64,000 bases of DNA from Octopus vulgaris. Its lineage: Eukaryota. Below the pieces are notes generated by a model that saw nothing but the letters and a program-made list of their open reading frames with translations, was not told where the DNA came from and ran no database searches. Numbering within the stretch: position 1 is the first letter of the stretch; each line of letters begins with the position of its first letter. Location of the stretch: NCBI GenBank assembly GCA_951406725.2, contig OX597839.1, forward strand, positions 16,926,001 to 16,990,000. Direction: 5' to 3'. Shown piece after piece: positions 1 through 13,231 of this stretch. The translations under genes and the position numbers were made by a program.

Positions 1-305
1 ACTGCTACCACCATCGTCACCACTAGAAACACCAATACTATCACCACTATCACCACTACCACCACCACATCTACCGCCACCACAACCACCATCACCACTA
101 CCACCACCACATCTGCCACCACCATCACAACTACCGCCACCACCACCACCACCACCACTACCACCATCACCATCACCACTACCACCACCACCACTACCAC
201 CACCACTGCCGCCACCACTGCCGGCATCACCACCATCACCACGACATCTACCACCACCACCATCACCACCACCACCACCACCACCACCACTGCTGCTGCT
301 GCTGC
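1..305. repeat. Degenerate (CAC/CAT)n trinucleotide microsatellite
   Basis: accaccacc/catcacc runs throughout. Confidence 0.95.
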
Positions 306-1401
306 ACCTCTCCCGCTGGCTATTGCATATTTCTTCTCCCCCCCTACTCTCCTCACTGCTTCTCCTGTAATCTCTGTGTCTTTCCCCTCCCTCTTTTGCT
401 TTGACTTCATGTGTGTGGATGCAAACATGCAAACCAAGACAAACAGACAAGCAGGCAGGCAAGTAAAAGATGCAGACAGAGAGGAAAGGAAAATATTTGA
501 AACTGTTCCCTTCTGAGGGGCGTGGGTGGGTTGACTGGATGACTGTCCATGTTTCCCTTTTTTTGTTTTCACTTTAGATTACACACACATAGACCAAGAG
601 ATTCTCAGAGGTACCTTAATCTGTTAGAAATAGCAACGGAAATTTAAAAACCTCAACTTGGGTGACATAGCAGTGTCATTAAAAAGTTATACTTTGCAAC
701 TAGAGATTTTGGTTCAATTTCCCTGTGCTGCAATTTCAGCCAGTCTCTTGGTTTATCCAATAACTTCTGACTGGAATTTTGATGCCAAAACATATGTAAA
801 AATCCACCTTTTGCATTAACCATCCGTGTTCTCACTATTTGGCTTTATTTTTCTCATTTTTTCACAGTTTTTAAAATACATCCAACACATGAACTGAGTC
901 TGAGAGATAGCTTGGAGACATTTGGCGTGTTTTATGAATCTGCCCATTTAAGGTATTGTAAAAGCATGAAACTATTAGTAACTTTTGTAATTTGTGTATT
1001 AAATTCCTATTTATCTCTCACCGGATGAAATACTTTTTTGGTTGATTCTACCTCTATTGGATTTATAATATATGAATATGTCCCTTTAGCATTCAAACTG
1101 GCCATATCCAGTCAAAATAATCTACCTGCTTTATATTCAAATTGGTCAGGTCCTGCCTCTCACACCTACCCTACAATGTCAGATAAACAATCATATCATT
1201 GAAATCTTGAAGTTACAAAATCATGTATAGGGATATGTGTGTGCGCGTGTGCGTATGTAGTATTAATTAATAGTAGGAGATGGATTTCATATTAGTAGGT
1301 ACAACTACAGATGACAACAGGTAGCTTAAACTGTGCCAGTGCTCTACTCAGCATTTAAACACACTAATCTAATTATATGTATTTGCCTAAATTTTCTATT
1401 C

Positions 1402-1443
<42 letters not shown>

Positions 1444-1502
1444 AAATATGAAAGGGTTGAAAATGCATTAAATTTTTAAACACATAATTTTTGTTTAGAT
1501 AT

Positions 1503-1638
1503 AGGTGCAGGAGTAGCCGTGTGGTAAAAACCACATGGTTCTGGGTTCAGTCCCACTGCATAATACCTTGGGCAAATGTCATCTAGCCTTGGGCTGACCA
1601 AAATTTTGAGTGGATTTGGTAGACTGAAAGAAGCCCGT

Positions 1639-1673
<35 letters not shown>

Positions 1674-1950
1674 TCATCATTTAGCATCCGCTTTCCATGC
1701 TAGCATGGGTTGGACGGGTCAACTGGGGTCTGTGAAGCTGGAAGGCTTCGTCAGGCCCCGTCAGATCTGGCAGTGTTTCTACGGCTGGATGCCCTGTGTG
1801 TGTGTATTTGTCCCCCCACTTCACCACTAGACAACTGGTGTTGGTGTGTTTACATCCCCATAACTTAGTGGTTCAGCAAAAGGGACTGATAGAATAAGTA
1901 CCAGGCTTAAAAATAAGTACTGAGATCGATTCCTTCAACTAAAAATTTGA
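1503..1950 (+). mobile_element. tRNA-derived SINE, family A, with an opposite-strand family C fragment inserted at about 1671-1793
   Basis: Matches the intact copy at 52483-52900 (ggttcagtcccactg, ccttgggcaa, gagtggatttggtagac, gatagaataagtacc). Confidence 0.85.
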
Positions 1951-2470
1951 ATGGGATAAATTAACCCCAAGTGGGGGGTAAAAATGAAATTCTTGTGGGT
2001 AATGAGGACTCATTAGACATAAGTAAAATTCTATAAAAATCCTGTTCCTTGTTACAACAGAAAATTTTCTTCTGGCCTGGTGGGGGCAGTCAAAGGATTT
2101 TCCACTCTAATGAACATAAAAACAAAGCAGAGTAATTGATTGGATCCTGAAGACTGTATTGAAATTGCTCTGGCATCAAAATACCCCAATTTTGATGTAA
2201 TTGTAACAAAAATGGAATGCCATCATTTCTCCAAAACCTGAAGTGAAAAAATTTCTAGAAAGATCCTTTTATTTCATAATGAGGATATTAATTTATTTTA
2301 TTGCATTTGTTTTATACTTTTTATTTTTATAATTGTATTCATCATATAAATAGATTCAACAAACCTTTTAAATTCAAAGAACTTAAGATTTTCTTCCTTT
2401 CAAATCAAGGGGATAACGTCAGCATAAATATAGTTTGTGGTAATTGGTTAAAAAAGTTTCCCAGCCCCTG
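1950..2470 (+). mobile_element. hAT (Buster/Charlie-like) non-autonomous remnant with transposase C-terminus
   Basis: From 2095 translates GFSTLMNIKTKQSN*LDPEDCIEIALASKYPNFDVIVTKMECHH, resembling the hAT C-terminal region; ends aaaaagtttcccagcccctg, a hAT-type terminus. Confidence 0.7.
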
Positions 2471-2731
2471 ACATAAGGGGCAAATAGTTTTATTCTATGT
2501 ACTTATGTATATGAAAATGAAAATACAAAAATTTTGTTTTTGCACACCAAATGTTTTCTTGTCATATTTTAACTGAAAATGTATTAGTGTATGTATTGAC
2601 AAGGTAAGGTTGACAAACATAACACAAGTAAAAAGGTGGGAAATAGAAAAAAAGTAGCACATGTTATATTGAGGGGTTTCATATGTATATAGCAAACAAA
2701 AGAGGTTTTATTGCTGAAGAAAAATCATATA

Positions 2732-3717
2732 CAGGCTTATTCTAAAAGAAAGAGCAGATTTCCAATTTATTTTTAAAACAAATGGTAAGAGACACAAACA
2801 CATTCTACATATTTCTTGATAGGGGAAGGTTTAAAGTTTATAGCTGAACATGATCAATTGAATTAAGCCTTAAATAAAATAATATTTTAATTTTGGGATC
2901 TTTTCGGTTTGAACGGCAGTTTTTTCTAGTGGTGTCATATGAAATTGTCACCCATAATTATGACCCTAGTATCGATCTATTGCATTTCAATCTATTTTAG
3001 GTTTAGGGTTAGGGGTGGGGGAAGGGTATCTTTTTTTCTTCAGAAATGTAAATAAACCCAATCTGTTTCTTAAACGAGGGACATTTTCATACAGCACAGA
3101 ATGTTTTCACCTCAATAGACGTCATTGATTGGTTGAAATTGTAGAAATTGAAGAAAAAAACCCAACAAATATCTTACAAACCATAGAATTTTCTCAATAA
3201 AGCCAAGAGAAAAAGATGTTTTATAACACATTCTACTAGTATACGAAGTTTAAAAGTGTTTAGTTACATGGAAATTATTTTTAAAAACTGCCGTTCAAAC
3301 TGAAAAGATCCTAGTTTTGTTTTAATGTTTCATTTTGTTCATTTTATTTAAAGTTGTATAATTTTCATTTGTGTAATCCCTTAGAAAATGGCGACGCCAC
3401 AAGAAAAGTCTTTTTGTGTGCTTCAGTTTGAGAAATGCAAATCAATTGCGCAAATGCAACGTGAATTTCACCACCAATTCAATAAAAATCCCCCTCGTCA
3501 CAAGCAAATTTATGAACGGCATAAAATTTTTCACAGATAAAGGTTTTTATGTTTTGATGTTTGCCAAGCAACACATGGTGCTCATGTTGAGTGCATATTA
3601 CCTTAAAATAAACTTTCAACCTTCCCCTATCAAGAAATATGTAGAATGCATTTGTGTCTCTTACCGTTTGTTTTAAAAATAAATTTAAAATCTGCCCTTT
3701 CTTTTTGAATAACCCTG
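2732..3717 (+). mobile_element. Internally deleted Tc1/mariner (DD41D-like) element
   Basis: TIRs caggcttattctaaaagaaagagcagattt / aaatctgccctttctttttgaataaccctg with TA on both sides; ATG at 3388 gives MATPQEKSFCVLQFEKCKSIAQMQREFHHQFNKNPP (N-terminal HTH), followed out of frame by C-terminal FDVCQATHGAHVECI. Confidence 0.85.
2896..3311. mobile_element. MITE with about 28-bp TIRs and an 8-bp TSD (Merlin-like GG...CC ends), nested in the previous element
   Basis: ggatcttttcggtttgaacggcagtttt ... aaaactgccgttcaaactgaaaagatcc; flanks taattttg / tagttttg. Confidence 0.85.
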
Positions 3718-4169
3718 TATAACTAACCAGGATCTGGTTTGTGCTGTCATTCAGCACTTTAGCATTTTAGGTGATTCTTCCATGACAGACACACACACAC
3801 ACACACACTGCACACTTTTATGGCTACGTAAGACATTATTTTATTCAGCTTGCCAGCTGATTGCAATACCAATGGTTTTTTTAATCACTGTTTTCCTATG
3901 TCAGTGATGATGACTTTTGTCTTAGCATGCAGTTGCCAGTGGGCATATGCTATTGACAAATCTCCAAAATGCTGAAATACACGTCTAGTGTTCTCACCAC
4001 TGCTGCTTGACATTTTTCATTTGCTAATATTTGTATTATTTAACATAGTACACCTATGAGAGATTGTGTCTCCAAGCAAATACCACAGTTAATTAGGGCT
4101 CTTCAGGATATACTTTCTTTAATCTTGATACACATATGGATCGATGGATGGATGGATGGATGGATGGAT

Positions 4170-4206
<37 letters not shown>

Positions 4207-4567
4207 GAGTAAGAGGAGAGATATAATATCCAAGCAGATACTGAATTTCTCTATGTAAAATGCCATGGCTGGTTCCTTCAGACAGTGTGTTTTGTGGTAA
4301 ATTTCCTTTAATTCCCATCCGATGTTACAGTTTTTTCTGTCTACTTAGAGCATAAAGTACAATATATATTGTAATATATATATACACACATACACACGCA
4401 TGTATATAGTGTGTTTTTGTATGTGCATGTGTGTATGTATGTACATGATCATCTTTCACTGGTGTATATTTGTATGATTCCTGCAGACAAAATCCCTTGG
4501 TATTTGTTCTGCATCAAGTTACAGATACTCCCTTGTCACTCTTGCCATAACAAATGCCAAGTGAAAT

Positions 4568-4856
4568 TATAGTTGTGGCCAATGCCAGTGACACATCAGA
4601 GGCACCTGTGCTGATGACATACATGTAAGAGGCACCTGTGCTGGTGACAAACAAAAGACATGCATGCTGGTGACATGCGAAAGGTACCCAGTACACTCTG
4701 TAAAGTGGTTGGCATTTGGAAGGGCATTCAGCTGTAAAAACCAAACCAGAACAGACTGGAGCCTGGTGCATCTCTCCAGCTTAATTTCAATCAAACCATC
4801 TAACTCCTGCCAGCATGGAAAATGAATGCTAAATGATGATGATGATGATGATGATG
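4568..4856 (+). mobile_element. SINE family C with (GAT)n tail
   Basis: gtggttggcatttggaagggcattcagctgtaaaa core; ccagcatggaaa...gatgatgat tail; homologous to 45181-45615. Confidence 0.85.
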
Positions 4857-4889
4857 GTTTATGTATGTATACATAATTACACACATCAC

Positions 4890-5265
4890 AAACAAGTTTG
4901 CTTCCCAGCTACGTGGTTCTAGGTTCAGTCCCACTGCTTGGCACCTTGGGCAAATGTCTTCTACAATAATCTTGGGCCAACCTAAGTTTTGTTAGTGAAT
5001 TTTGTAAAATGGAAACTGGAAGAAGTCCCTCATATATATGTATATATCTATTTGTGTGCTTTTGTGTGTGTTTGACATCCGTCACCACTTGACAACTGGT
5101 GTTGGTCTGTTTATGTCCCCATTACTTAGTGGTTCGGCCGTCAGAATAAGTACCAGACTCAAAAAGTAAGTTCTGGGATTGATTTGTTTGACTGAACCCT
5201 TCAAGGTGGTGCCCCAGTATGGCCACAGTCCAATGACTGAAACAAGGAAAAGATAAAAGATAAAA
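4890..5265 (+). mobile_element. SINE family A
   Basis: Head, core and tail homologous to 52483-52900. Confidence 0.85.
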
Positions 5266-5295
5266 TATAGATTATATATATATAAATTAATAGCA

Positions 5296-5840
5296 GAATT
5301 GAAGGCAGTTTGACCATGCTGCATCAGGAAGATTGCATCAATGGAACAGCTGAGCCACTGGGAAAGACTGAAAGAGCTATGACTCTACTCCTTGAAGCAG
5401 AGACAGGAGAAGCATGCAGTGATATACATATGGAAGATCTTGGAGGGGTTGGAACCAAACTTTGGCATTGAGAGCGATACTAACCCCTGAACTGGATATC
5501 ATTGCACTGTTATGCAGGTCCCAGCTATTCTGTTTAAAGCGAGGACCCTGTAGTGCAGTTGCTTGGGATTCAAGGACTCACAGCTATTGAATGCCTTGCC
5601 AAAACATCCGAGTGACCTTCATGGAGTAGGGGTAGATGTTTTAAAGAAATAACTTGATTTCCTGATGTCCAAGGTCTCGGACAAACATCTATCACAGCAA
5701 AAAACTCAAAAGAGGGCAGCTGTGTCAAACTCCCTCCTTCAAAAGCCATTTGCATAAGAACAGTCACTGAAAAAGTGATTACATTGGTGGTGCCCCAGCA
5801 TGGCCACAGCCTTTGAGCTGAAACATATAAAAGAATAAAT
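5296..5840 (+). mobile_element. Degenerate CR1-type LINE 3' end (ORF2 C-terminus plus tail)
   Basis: Translates EQLSHWERLKEL*LYSLKQRQEKHAVIYIWKILEGLEPN, a CR1-type post-RT motif; tail shared with 27005-27345. Confidence 0.8.
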
Positions 5841-6222
5841 AAATAAAAGAATTAGAAGAATTAAGAAACGTGAATGTGTGTGTGTGTGTAGTAGACTACC
5901 AAAACAGTCTATGCTATTTATAGCAATAATTTTTATCTATATGGCAACTGTATGAAAAATTATGTATGTGTTACTATTTCAATGAACAAGAAAGATTTCT
6001 TGTAATATATAAAGATACAAGACATAAAATTATCATATCTCTTATCACTGTATTCTCTATAAACTTAATTCATAAATGTGATTGACCACCGTCCACTCAT
6101 CTTATGCTGTCTATTTATAGCTTGGTGAATTGTGTCAATAAGTTCGTGGATTGCCTGCCACTGGACATGAAGTCTTCACCAACTCTTCAGCTGATTGGCT
6201 AAGAACTAGTCTCTTATCTATC

Positions 6223-6612
6223 TTTTGCTTGTTTCAGACTGTGACCATGCTGGGGCATTGTCTTGAAGAATTTTTAATGGAATGAATTGACCCTGGTATT
6301 TATTATATTTTTTTTTAAGCTTGGTATTTGTTCTATCAGTCTCTAATGCCAAACTGCTAAGTTACAGGGATGTAAACACACCAACACCTGTTGTCAAGCA
6401 ACAGTGAGGGACAAGCACAGACACAAAGACACACACACACACATACAATGGGCTTCTTTCAGTTTCCATTTACCAAATCTGCTCACAAGGCTTTGGTCAG
6501 CCTGATACTAGAGTAGAAGACACTTGCCCAAGGTGCCATACAGTGGGACTGAACCCAGAACCACATGGTTGGGAAGCAAGCTTCTTACCACACAACCACT
6601 CCCATGCCTATA
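6223..6612 (-). mobile_element. SINE family A
   Basis: Reverse complement of the family A sequence. Confidence 0.85.
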
Positions 6613-7239
6613 AGGTTGTGTGAAAATCTTTTTTCTTCTTATTTTACTTTCATTTTCCTTGAGCCTTAGGACTCATAAGGCCAGGTACCCAGTTTCCATT
6701 GCATATAAATGACTGAGATCCCATTTCCCAGAATGAGATGCTGAACTGTTGTTGGGTTCAAAGCCTGCAATTTTGTGGGACAATGGGCTTGTCAGTTACA
6801 TCAACACCAGTACGTGACTGGTACTTTATTTTAATGACTGCTGGAGACATTAAAAGCAAAGATGTTCTTCACAGGATTTGAACTCAGAACATGAAGTATC
6901 AGAAGAAAAGCTGCTATGCATTTTCCTCTGACATGCTAATGACTCTGCCAGCTTGCTGCTTTGAGGAAACATTTGCAGGTAGAGGATTCCAGAGGGATGT
7001 TGTTCTGGGAAGTGGAGGGAAAATATAGGGCATAGGAATTAATACAGACTCTGGGAAGTGGGGGGAAAGAATATGAGAACAATTAAAGAGGGAAAGGATT
7101 AGTAGATGACAAGAATTAAAAGATGGGCCACAGCAAATATTCTGCTCAATACCACAGATTTGCTTGTCAGTTGTTTGACCGTAACCACTTGAGCATGTCC
7201 CTTAGTGGCTGACAATATGTGCATCTCTGGTCATGAGTA

Positions 7240-7375
7240 GGAATAGTGGGGGAGCATCATAGCCATGTGTTGAGAGGAAGTTTTTGGTTGGAATAGTGGG
7301 GGAGCATCATAGCCATGTGTTGAGAGGAAGTTTTTGGTTGGAATAGTGGGGGAGCATCATAGCCATGTGTTGGGA
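7240..7375. repeat. 50-bp tandem triplication
   Basis: ggaatagtgggggagcatcatagccatgtgttgagaggaagtttttggtt x2.7. Confidence 0.95.
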
Positions 7376-7614
7376 GGATTTCTTTGGGATTTGAATAATT
7401 CACCCCTGGAAACATGGGTTTTTCGTTCAACTTCCTTAAACAGCCCTTATTCAGGGACCTTTTGAGCAAGATGGGTTTTCGACCTGAAGAAAAAAATAAA
7501 AATAATAGTAAATAAATACATGAATAACTGAAAGTAAATAACTTAATTGAAATAAATCAAAAATAAATAAGGTAAATAAGATATGATAAATGTATATCAG
7601 TAAATGAAAAGAAG

Positions 7615-8245
7615 AAGGCAATGAGCTGGCAGAATCGTTGGCACACCAGGCAAAATGTTTATCAGCATTTCGTCCATCTCTATGTTCTGAGTTTCAGTTC
7701 CATCAGGGTCAACTTTGCCTTTTATCCTTCCGGGGTCAATAAAATGAATACCAGTTGAGCATTGGCGTTGATGTAATCGACTTAGCCCTGCTGCTCTCGA
7801 AATTACTGGTCTTGTGCCAAAATTGGTAAAAAGGGGTGAGCTGGCAGAATTGTTAGCATGCCAGGTGAAATGTTTAGCGGTATTTTGCCTGTCTTTACAT
7901 TCTGAGTTCAAATTCTGCTGGGGTCGACTTTGCCTTTCATCCTTTCAGGGTCGATAAATTCAGTACCAGTTGCTCACTGGGGTTGATCTAATCGACTGGC
8001 CCCTTCCCCCAAAATTTCAGGCCTTGTGCCTAGAGCAGAAAAGAAAGCAGGCAGAACTGTTAGCTTGCTGGGCAAAATGCTTAGTGGTATTTCTTTGTCT
8101 TTACGTTCTGAGTTCAAATTCCAGCAGAGTTTACTTTGTCTTTCTTTGTTTTTGCATTGATAAAATAAGTACCAGTTGCGTACTAGGGTTGATAAAATCA
8201 ACTTGCCACCTCCCCTGAAGTTGCTGGCCTTGTGTCAAAATTTGA
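7615..8245 (+). mobile_element. Three head-to-tail copies of SINE family B
   Basis: Each has (ct)ggcagaa head, ttctgagttcaaatt box-B-like motif, gcctttcatcctttcggggtcgataaa-type core and ggccttgtgcc-type tail. Confidence 0.9.
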
Positions 8246-8549
8246 AATATAAATGAAGGGAAGAGATGACAACATTGGGACTGGCTTAGGATTAACCATC
8301 TTTGGGAAGCAGGGGTAACTGTAATAGGATTAGTAAGGTTAGAGGATGATACACCTGTAGATCTGTAGACTGGTGGTTGATGACTGTTGGTGAGCATCTT
8401 AATGCCAACCAGTCAAGTTTTGCTGGCTGCGAGAGAGTGAAACAGACCAGTCTTGTTCAAGATTGTTAAATGGTTCTCAGGTTGATGAATGGGAATTTGT
8501 AAAAAAAATAGAAGCTACTTAGAAGAATAAATATATGTAGAACTGTTGA

Positions 8550-8662
<113 letters not shown>

Positions 8663-9421
8663 GGAGGGAGTAAAAGAAATTTGGGAATGTGGTATGTGTA
8701 AGAAAATATGAATTTTTAGAGAGCAAGAAAAATAGAGGGAGGGAGGAATATGAGAGAGAGAGAGAGAGAGAGTAAGAGGTAGGAGGTAGAGGAAGATGAA
8801 GTGGAAGAAGAGAAGGAGGAGGAAGACAAGGGAGAGGAGGAAGAGGGAGAAGGAGCAGGCAGTGTATAGAACAAAGACCAGAAAATAAATATTTAGAGCT
8901 GCAGGAGATAAAAAAAAGAAAGTGAGTGGTGGAGAGATGTACAGAAGGAAGCCAGGAGTAAGGGGTGTAAATAAATAAATAAATAAAGAAAGAAAGAAAG
9001 AAAGAAAGAAAAAGAGACTAGGAGACTAAATATTTAGAGATGAAATAAAAAGACAGAGAGTGGGAGAGAGAAAGAGCAAGAGAGAAGATGATATAGAGAA
9101 AACTAGAGGGAAAGAGAGAGTAGAAGGAGAAGAAATAAAAAGTGAAGGGAAAAGATTGGGAGATGAGAGAAGAGATGATAATAGAAAATAAATAAATGAA
9201 TAACTGAAAGTAAATAAATTAATTGAAATAAATCTAAAATAAATAAGATAATAAAATAAGATAAATGTAGATCAGTAAATTTATTGAAATAAATCTTAAA
9301 TATACAAATGGGAAGTTGTTTTTTATTTTTTCAATTTTTGGGATAGAGAAAAGAAAAACAATTGATTTTTTTTTTGGATTTTGATGCCCCTCTAAAACTA
9401 ATTATTCAAAAACAATGAAGT

Positions 9422-9422
9422 A

Positions 9423-9477
<55 letters not shown>

Positions 9478-9706
9478 ATATGTATATATATATGTATGTA
9501 TGTATGTATACATGTATATATATATATGTATGTATATATGTATATATATATATGTATATGTATGTATACATGTATATATATATATGTATATATATATGTA
9601 TGTATGTATATAAGTATATATATATATGTATGTTTGTATATATATATGTATGTTTGTATATATATATGTATATATATATGTATATATGTATGTATGTATG
9701 TATATA

Positions 9707-9739
<33 letters not shown>

Positions 9740-9912
9740 TGATAGACAGATATAGTCACACATATATATACACATATATATGCATACATATCTATCTATC
9801 TGTTATATATGTATATATATATATATATATTGATAGATAGATAGATATACACACACATAAATACACATATATATGCATACATATTTATCTATCTGTTATA
9901 TATATATATCTG

Positions 9913-9959
<47 letters not shown>

Positions 9960-10095
9960 TTTATGCATACACATGGTTACGTATATATAAAAAGATATTT
10001 ATATCTATCTATCTGCCTATCTCTCTGTCTATCTATCTATCTATCTATCTATCTATCCACACACACACACACATATAAATACATTCATATATAGA
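9422..10095. repeat. Compound (TA)n/(TATG)n/(CTAT)n microsatellite
   Basis: Direct reading; source of the YI-repeat ORFs. Confidence 0.95.
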
Positions 10096-10509
10096 CAGAT
10101 ATTGGCGTGTTGAGTGCCATACAAAAAATGTTCTTGTTTTATTAAAATTATTTCCAACTCTAGAGGTTGTATCCTAATTCTCAAATGACAATTAAGACCA
10201 GCTTCACTTGAGAAGGGGAGATAATCTCAAGATTCAAAAATTGACTTGGCTTTATGAAGGACAAGCTAATTGTCTAGGGATAAGAGGACATTCATGGACT
10301 GTGTGTGTGTGTGTATTTGTATATATTGAGGGAAAGAGAAAGAGATTGTGTGGGGGGGGGGGAGAAAGAACAAATAGTAAGGGATTATCAATCCAGGAAA
10401 AATACTTCAATCCAAGAAAAAAAACCTCTGTTGGCACACTGGGCTAGCAATATTACTCAGATTAATGAAGAACTCCATGTAATCTTTTGGTAGGGGCTCA
10501 AGTCTCTAT

Positions 10510-10727
10510 TATTATTTTCTACTCTAGGCACAAAGCCCAAAATTTTGGGGGAGGTGGCCAGTCGATTAGATCAACCTCAGTATGCAACTGGTACTTAATT
10601 TATCGACACAAAGGATGAAAAGCAAAGACGACCTCAGAGGAATTTGAACTCAGAATGTAAAGTGAGATGAAATACCGCTAAGCATTCTAGCCTGATGTGC
10701 TAACGTTTCTGCGAGCTCACTGTCTTA
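10510..10727 (-). mobile_element. SINE family B
   Basis: Reverse complement of family B. Confidence 0.85.
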
Positions 10728-10732
10728 TGGTT

Positions 10733-10940
10733 TATTATTATTGAAGCAGTGAAAACATCACAAAAGTACCACAAAATCTATTACTCAGAGTTTCACATTC
10801 CCCTTCATCAGACCTCAATCTAAACTGTCAGTTGAGGTTGAAATCCTCAATCTAAAATGTCTGACAAACGAGAACATGAAACTCTGAGTAGCAGTTTTTT
10901 GTGGTATTTTTGCGATGTTTTCACTGCTTTAATAATAATA
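10733..10940. repeat. Fold-back element with about 80-bp inverted arms, each carrying a hammerhead-like motif, flanked by (ATT)n/(AAT)n
   Basis: aagcagtgaaaacatc...tactcagagtttca...tcagac versus gtctga...tgaaactctgagta...gatgttttcactgctt. Confidence 0.85.
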
Positions 10941-10970
10941 ATAATAATAATAATAATTTATATATATATA

Positions 10971-11526
10971 CTAGCTGACGTACCCAGTAATTCTTGGGAA
11001 AGTGGGGCTTATCCCTTGGTTCTGTTCTCATAATTGTTTTGCTAATCCAATAACACCAATACAAACTATGTAGCCCTTAAAACAGTATTTGTGTATTTAC
11101 AGAGAATACCGAACTGTCTTACACAGGATCTAATTTTTAAGAATTCCCAATAGGTTATGAATACCCAAATTGTGAAGTCAGTTATGTAATAACGACGTTG
11201 ATTTCTTTACACTCCCTTCCCCACAGCTTCACGAGGGAGGGAAGGGGGAGAAGCAAACAGGTGCAGGTGTGAGCGTGGACGCCAACTCCGCCGCCATCGA
11301 CATACGATGCATTTTATGCATTAAAATGGAATAAAAAATGATGTTAAATTATTTTTAAAATCGTAGACTCATCGTTGACGCGCGCTAATAGTCAGACGGG
11401 CTCGATATGAATCACGACTATAAGATACCCGAATTTGGTTAAACTGCACCGCAAAATGTGGGAGGAGTTAGGAATCTAAATCGAAGGGGACAGACACTCA
11501 CACAACTAGAGTTTTATATATATAGA
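10971..11526 (-). mobile_element. Non-autonomous Helitron
   Basis: Minus strand starts TCTATATATATAAAA and ends with an imperfect hairpin plus CTAG, inserted at A|T in (TA)n; 5' part homologous to 19985-20380. Confidence 0.8.
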
Positions 11527-12026
11527 TATATATATATGATGAGGATGAACTATAAAACTTATCATGGCTTATTATTTTATAATATATACAGCATTATGAT
11601 ACCACATCTCCACAACCGTACTCACCAGTTTTATTAAAGTGGCTGCCACACAATATATTTCTCATAAATATCCAGAAATGCTGCTCTCTATGGTTGTAGT
11701 GGTATTTTTATCTAAAATAGAATAAGCCAAGATTTTAATCAAAATACAAGCATTTCAGGAAAATAAACTAAACTATTATAATGATTATGTTTCAACCTTT
11801 TATTTATTAATTTTCTTTCTTTTGTTTTTTTATTTCTTGGCTCTATTTAGCTTTGCTCTATCTCTCTCTCTCTCGCTCTCTTTTCTCTCTCTCATTTTTT
11901 CTCTCTCTCTCTTTCTTTTTTGTTTGTCTATCTCTATTCTTCTCTCTCTCTGCTTCTCTGTCTGTCTCTCAGTCTATCTATCTATCTACTCTCTCTCTCT
12001 CACTCTGTTTAAATGTGTGTGTGTGA

Positions 12027-12181
<155 letters not shown>

Positions 12182-13174
12182 ATCTTACTCTTTCATTTGC
12201 CTTCTTTAATATTTAATTATTCAATGTTTCTGCAGCTGACTCCTCCTCCTCCTCCTTTTCTTTTCTCTCTCTCTCTTCTTCCCCTTCTCTCTTTCTCCTC
12301 TCTGGCACAATCAGTGCATTGCAGTATTTCTCCCGCCTCATTACATTCTGAGCTCAAATTCTGCCAAGGTTGACTTTGCCATTCATTGTTTCGGCTCGCT
12401 AAAAAGACAAGTACCAGTCAAGTACTGGAGTAAAGGTAATTGACTTTGCCCCTCCCCTCAAAACTGCTGGCCTCGTGCCAGAATTAGAAAGCATTATTTA
12501 ATTTTCTGCATCTGATTGCTCCCCTTTTTCTTTTCTCTCTCTCTCTCTCCATTTTTCTCCCTCTCATTTCCTAAGAGTTTGCTAAATTTCTCTCTAACTT
12601 TCCCGTTGCATTTATCTTTCTTTCTTTCTTTCTTTCTTTCTATATCTTTGCCTCTAGCTGTGACTACCTCTCTCTCTCTCTGTCTGCATCTCTCTTTGCT
12701 TCTCTCTTTTTCTCTCCCCCCCCCTTCATTTCCTATGATTTTACTAAATTTCTCTCTTTTTCCCTTTCACTTTTCCTTTCTTTCTTTATTTCTTTCTTTA
12801 CCTCTGACACCTCTTTCCCTCTCCTTCTCCCTCTCTCTCTCTTTTCCTCTCTCTTCTCCTCTGCGCCTCTCTCTTTGCTCATCTTTCTCTCTCCCTTTTC
12901 CTTCTCTCTCACAAATCCTTATTTTATTTATTTTACTCAGTTTTGCTTCATTTTTATTAAATTCATAAACAATAAATCCACTCCAGCAACATTTCCCTCC
13001 CCTTTCCTTTACATCTATTTATTTTCTCTTATTTTATCACATTCATTTTTACCTATCCATGCCAGACAGGACAACATAATTCAATGCCGACACATATATA
13101 CATACGTAAATACATGCACACACACATACACACACATGTATACCTGTATATGTATATATGAACATCTATATATG

Positions 13175-13227
<53 letters not shown>

Positions 13228-13231
<4 letters not shown>

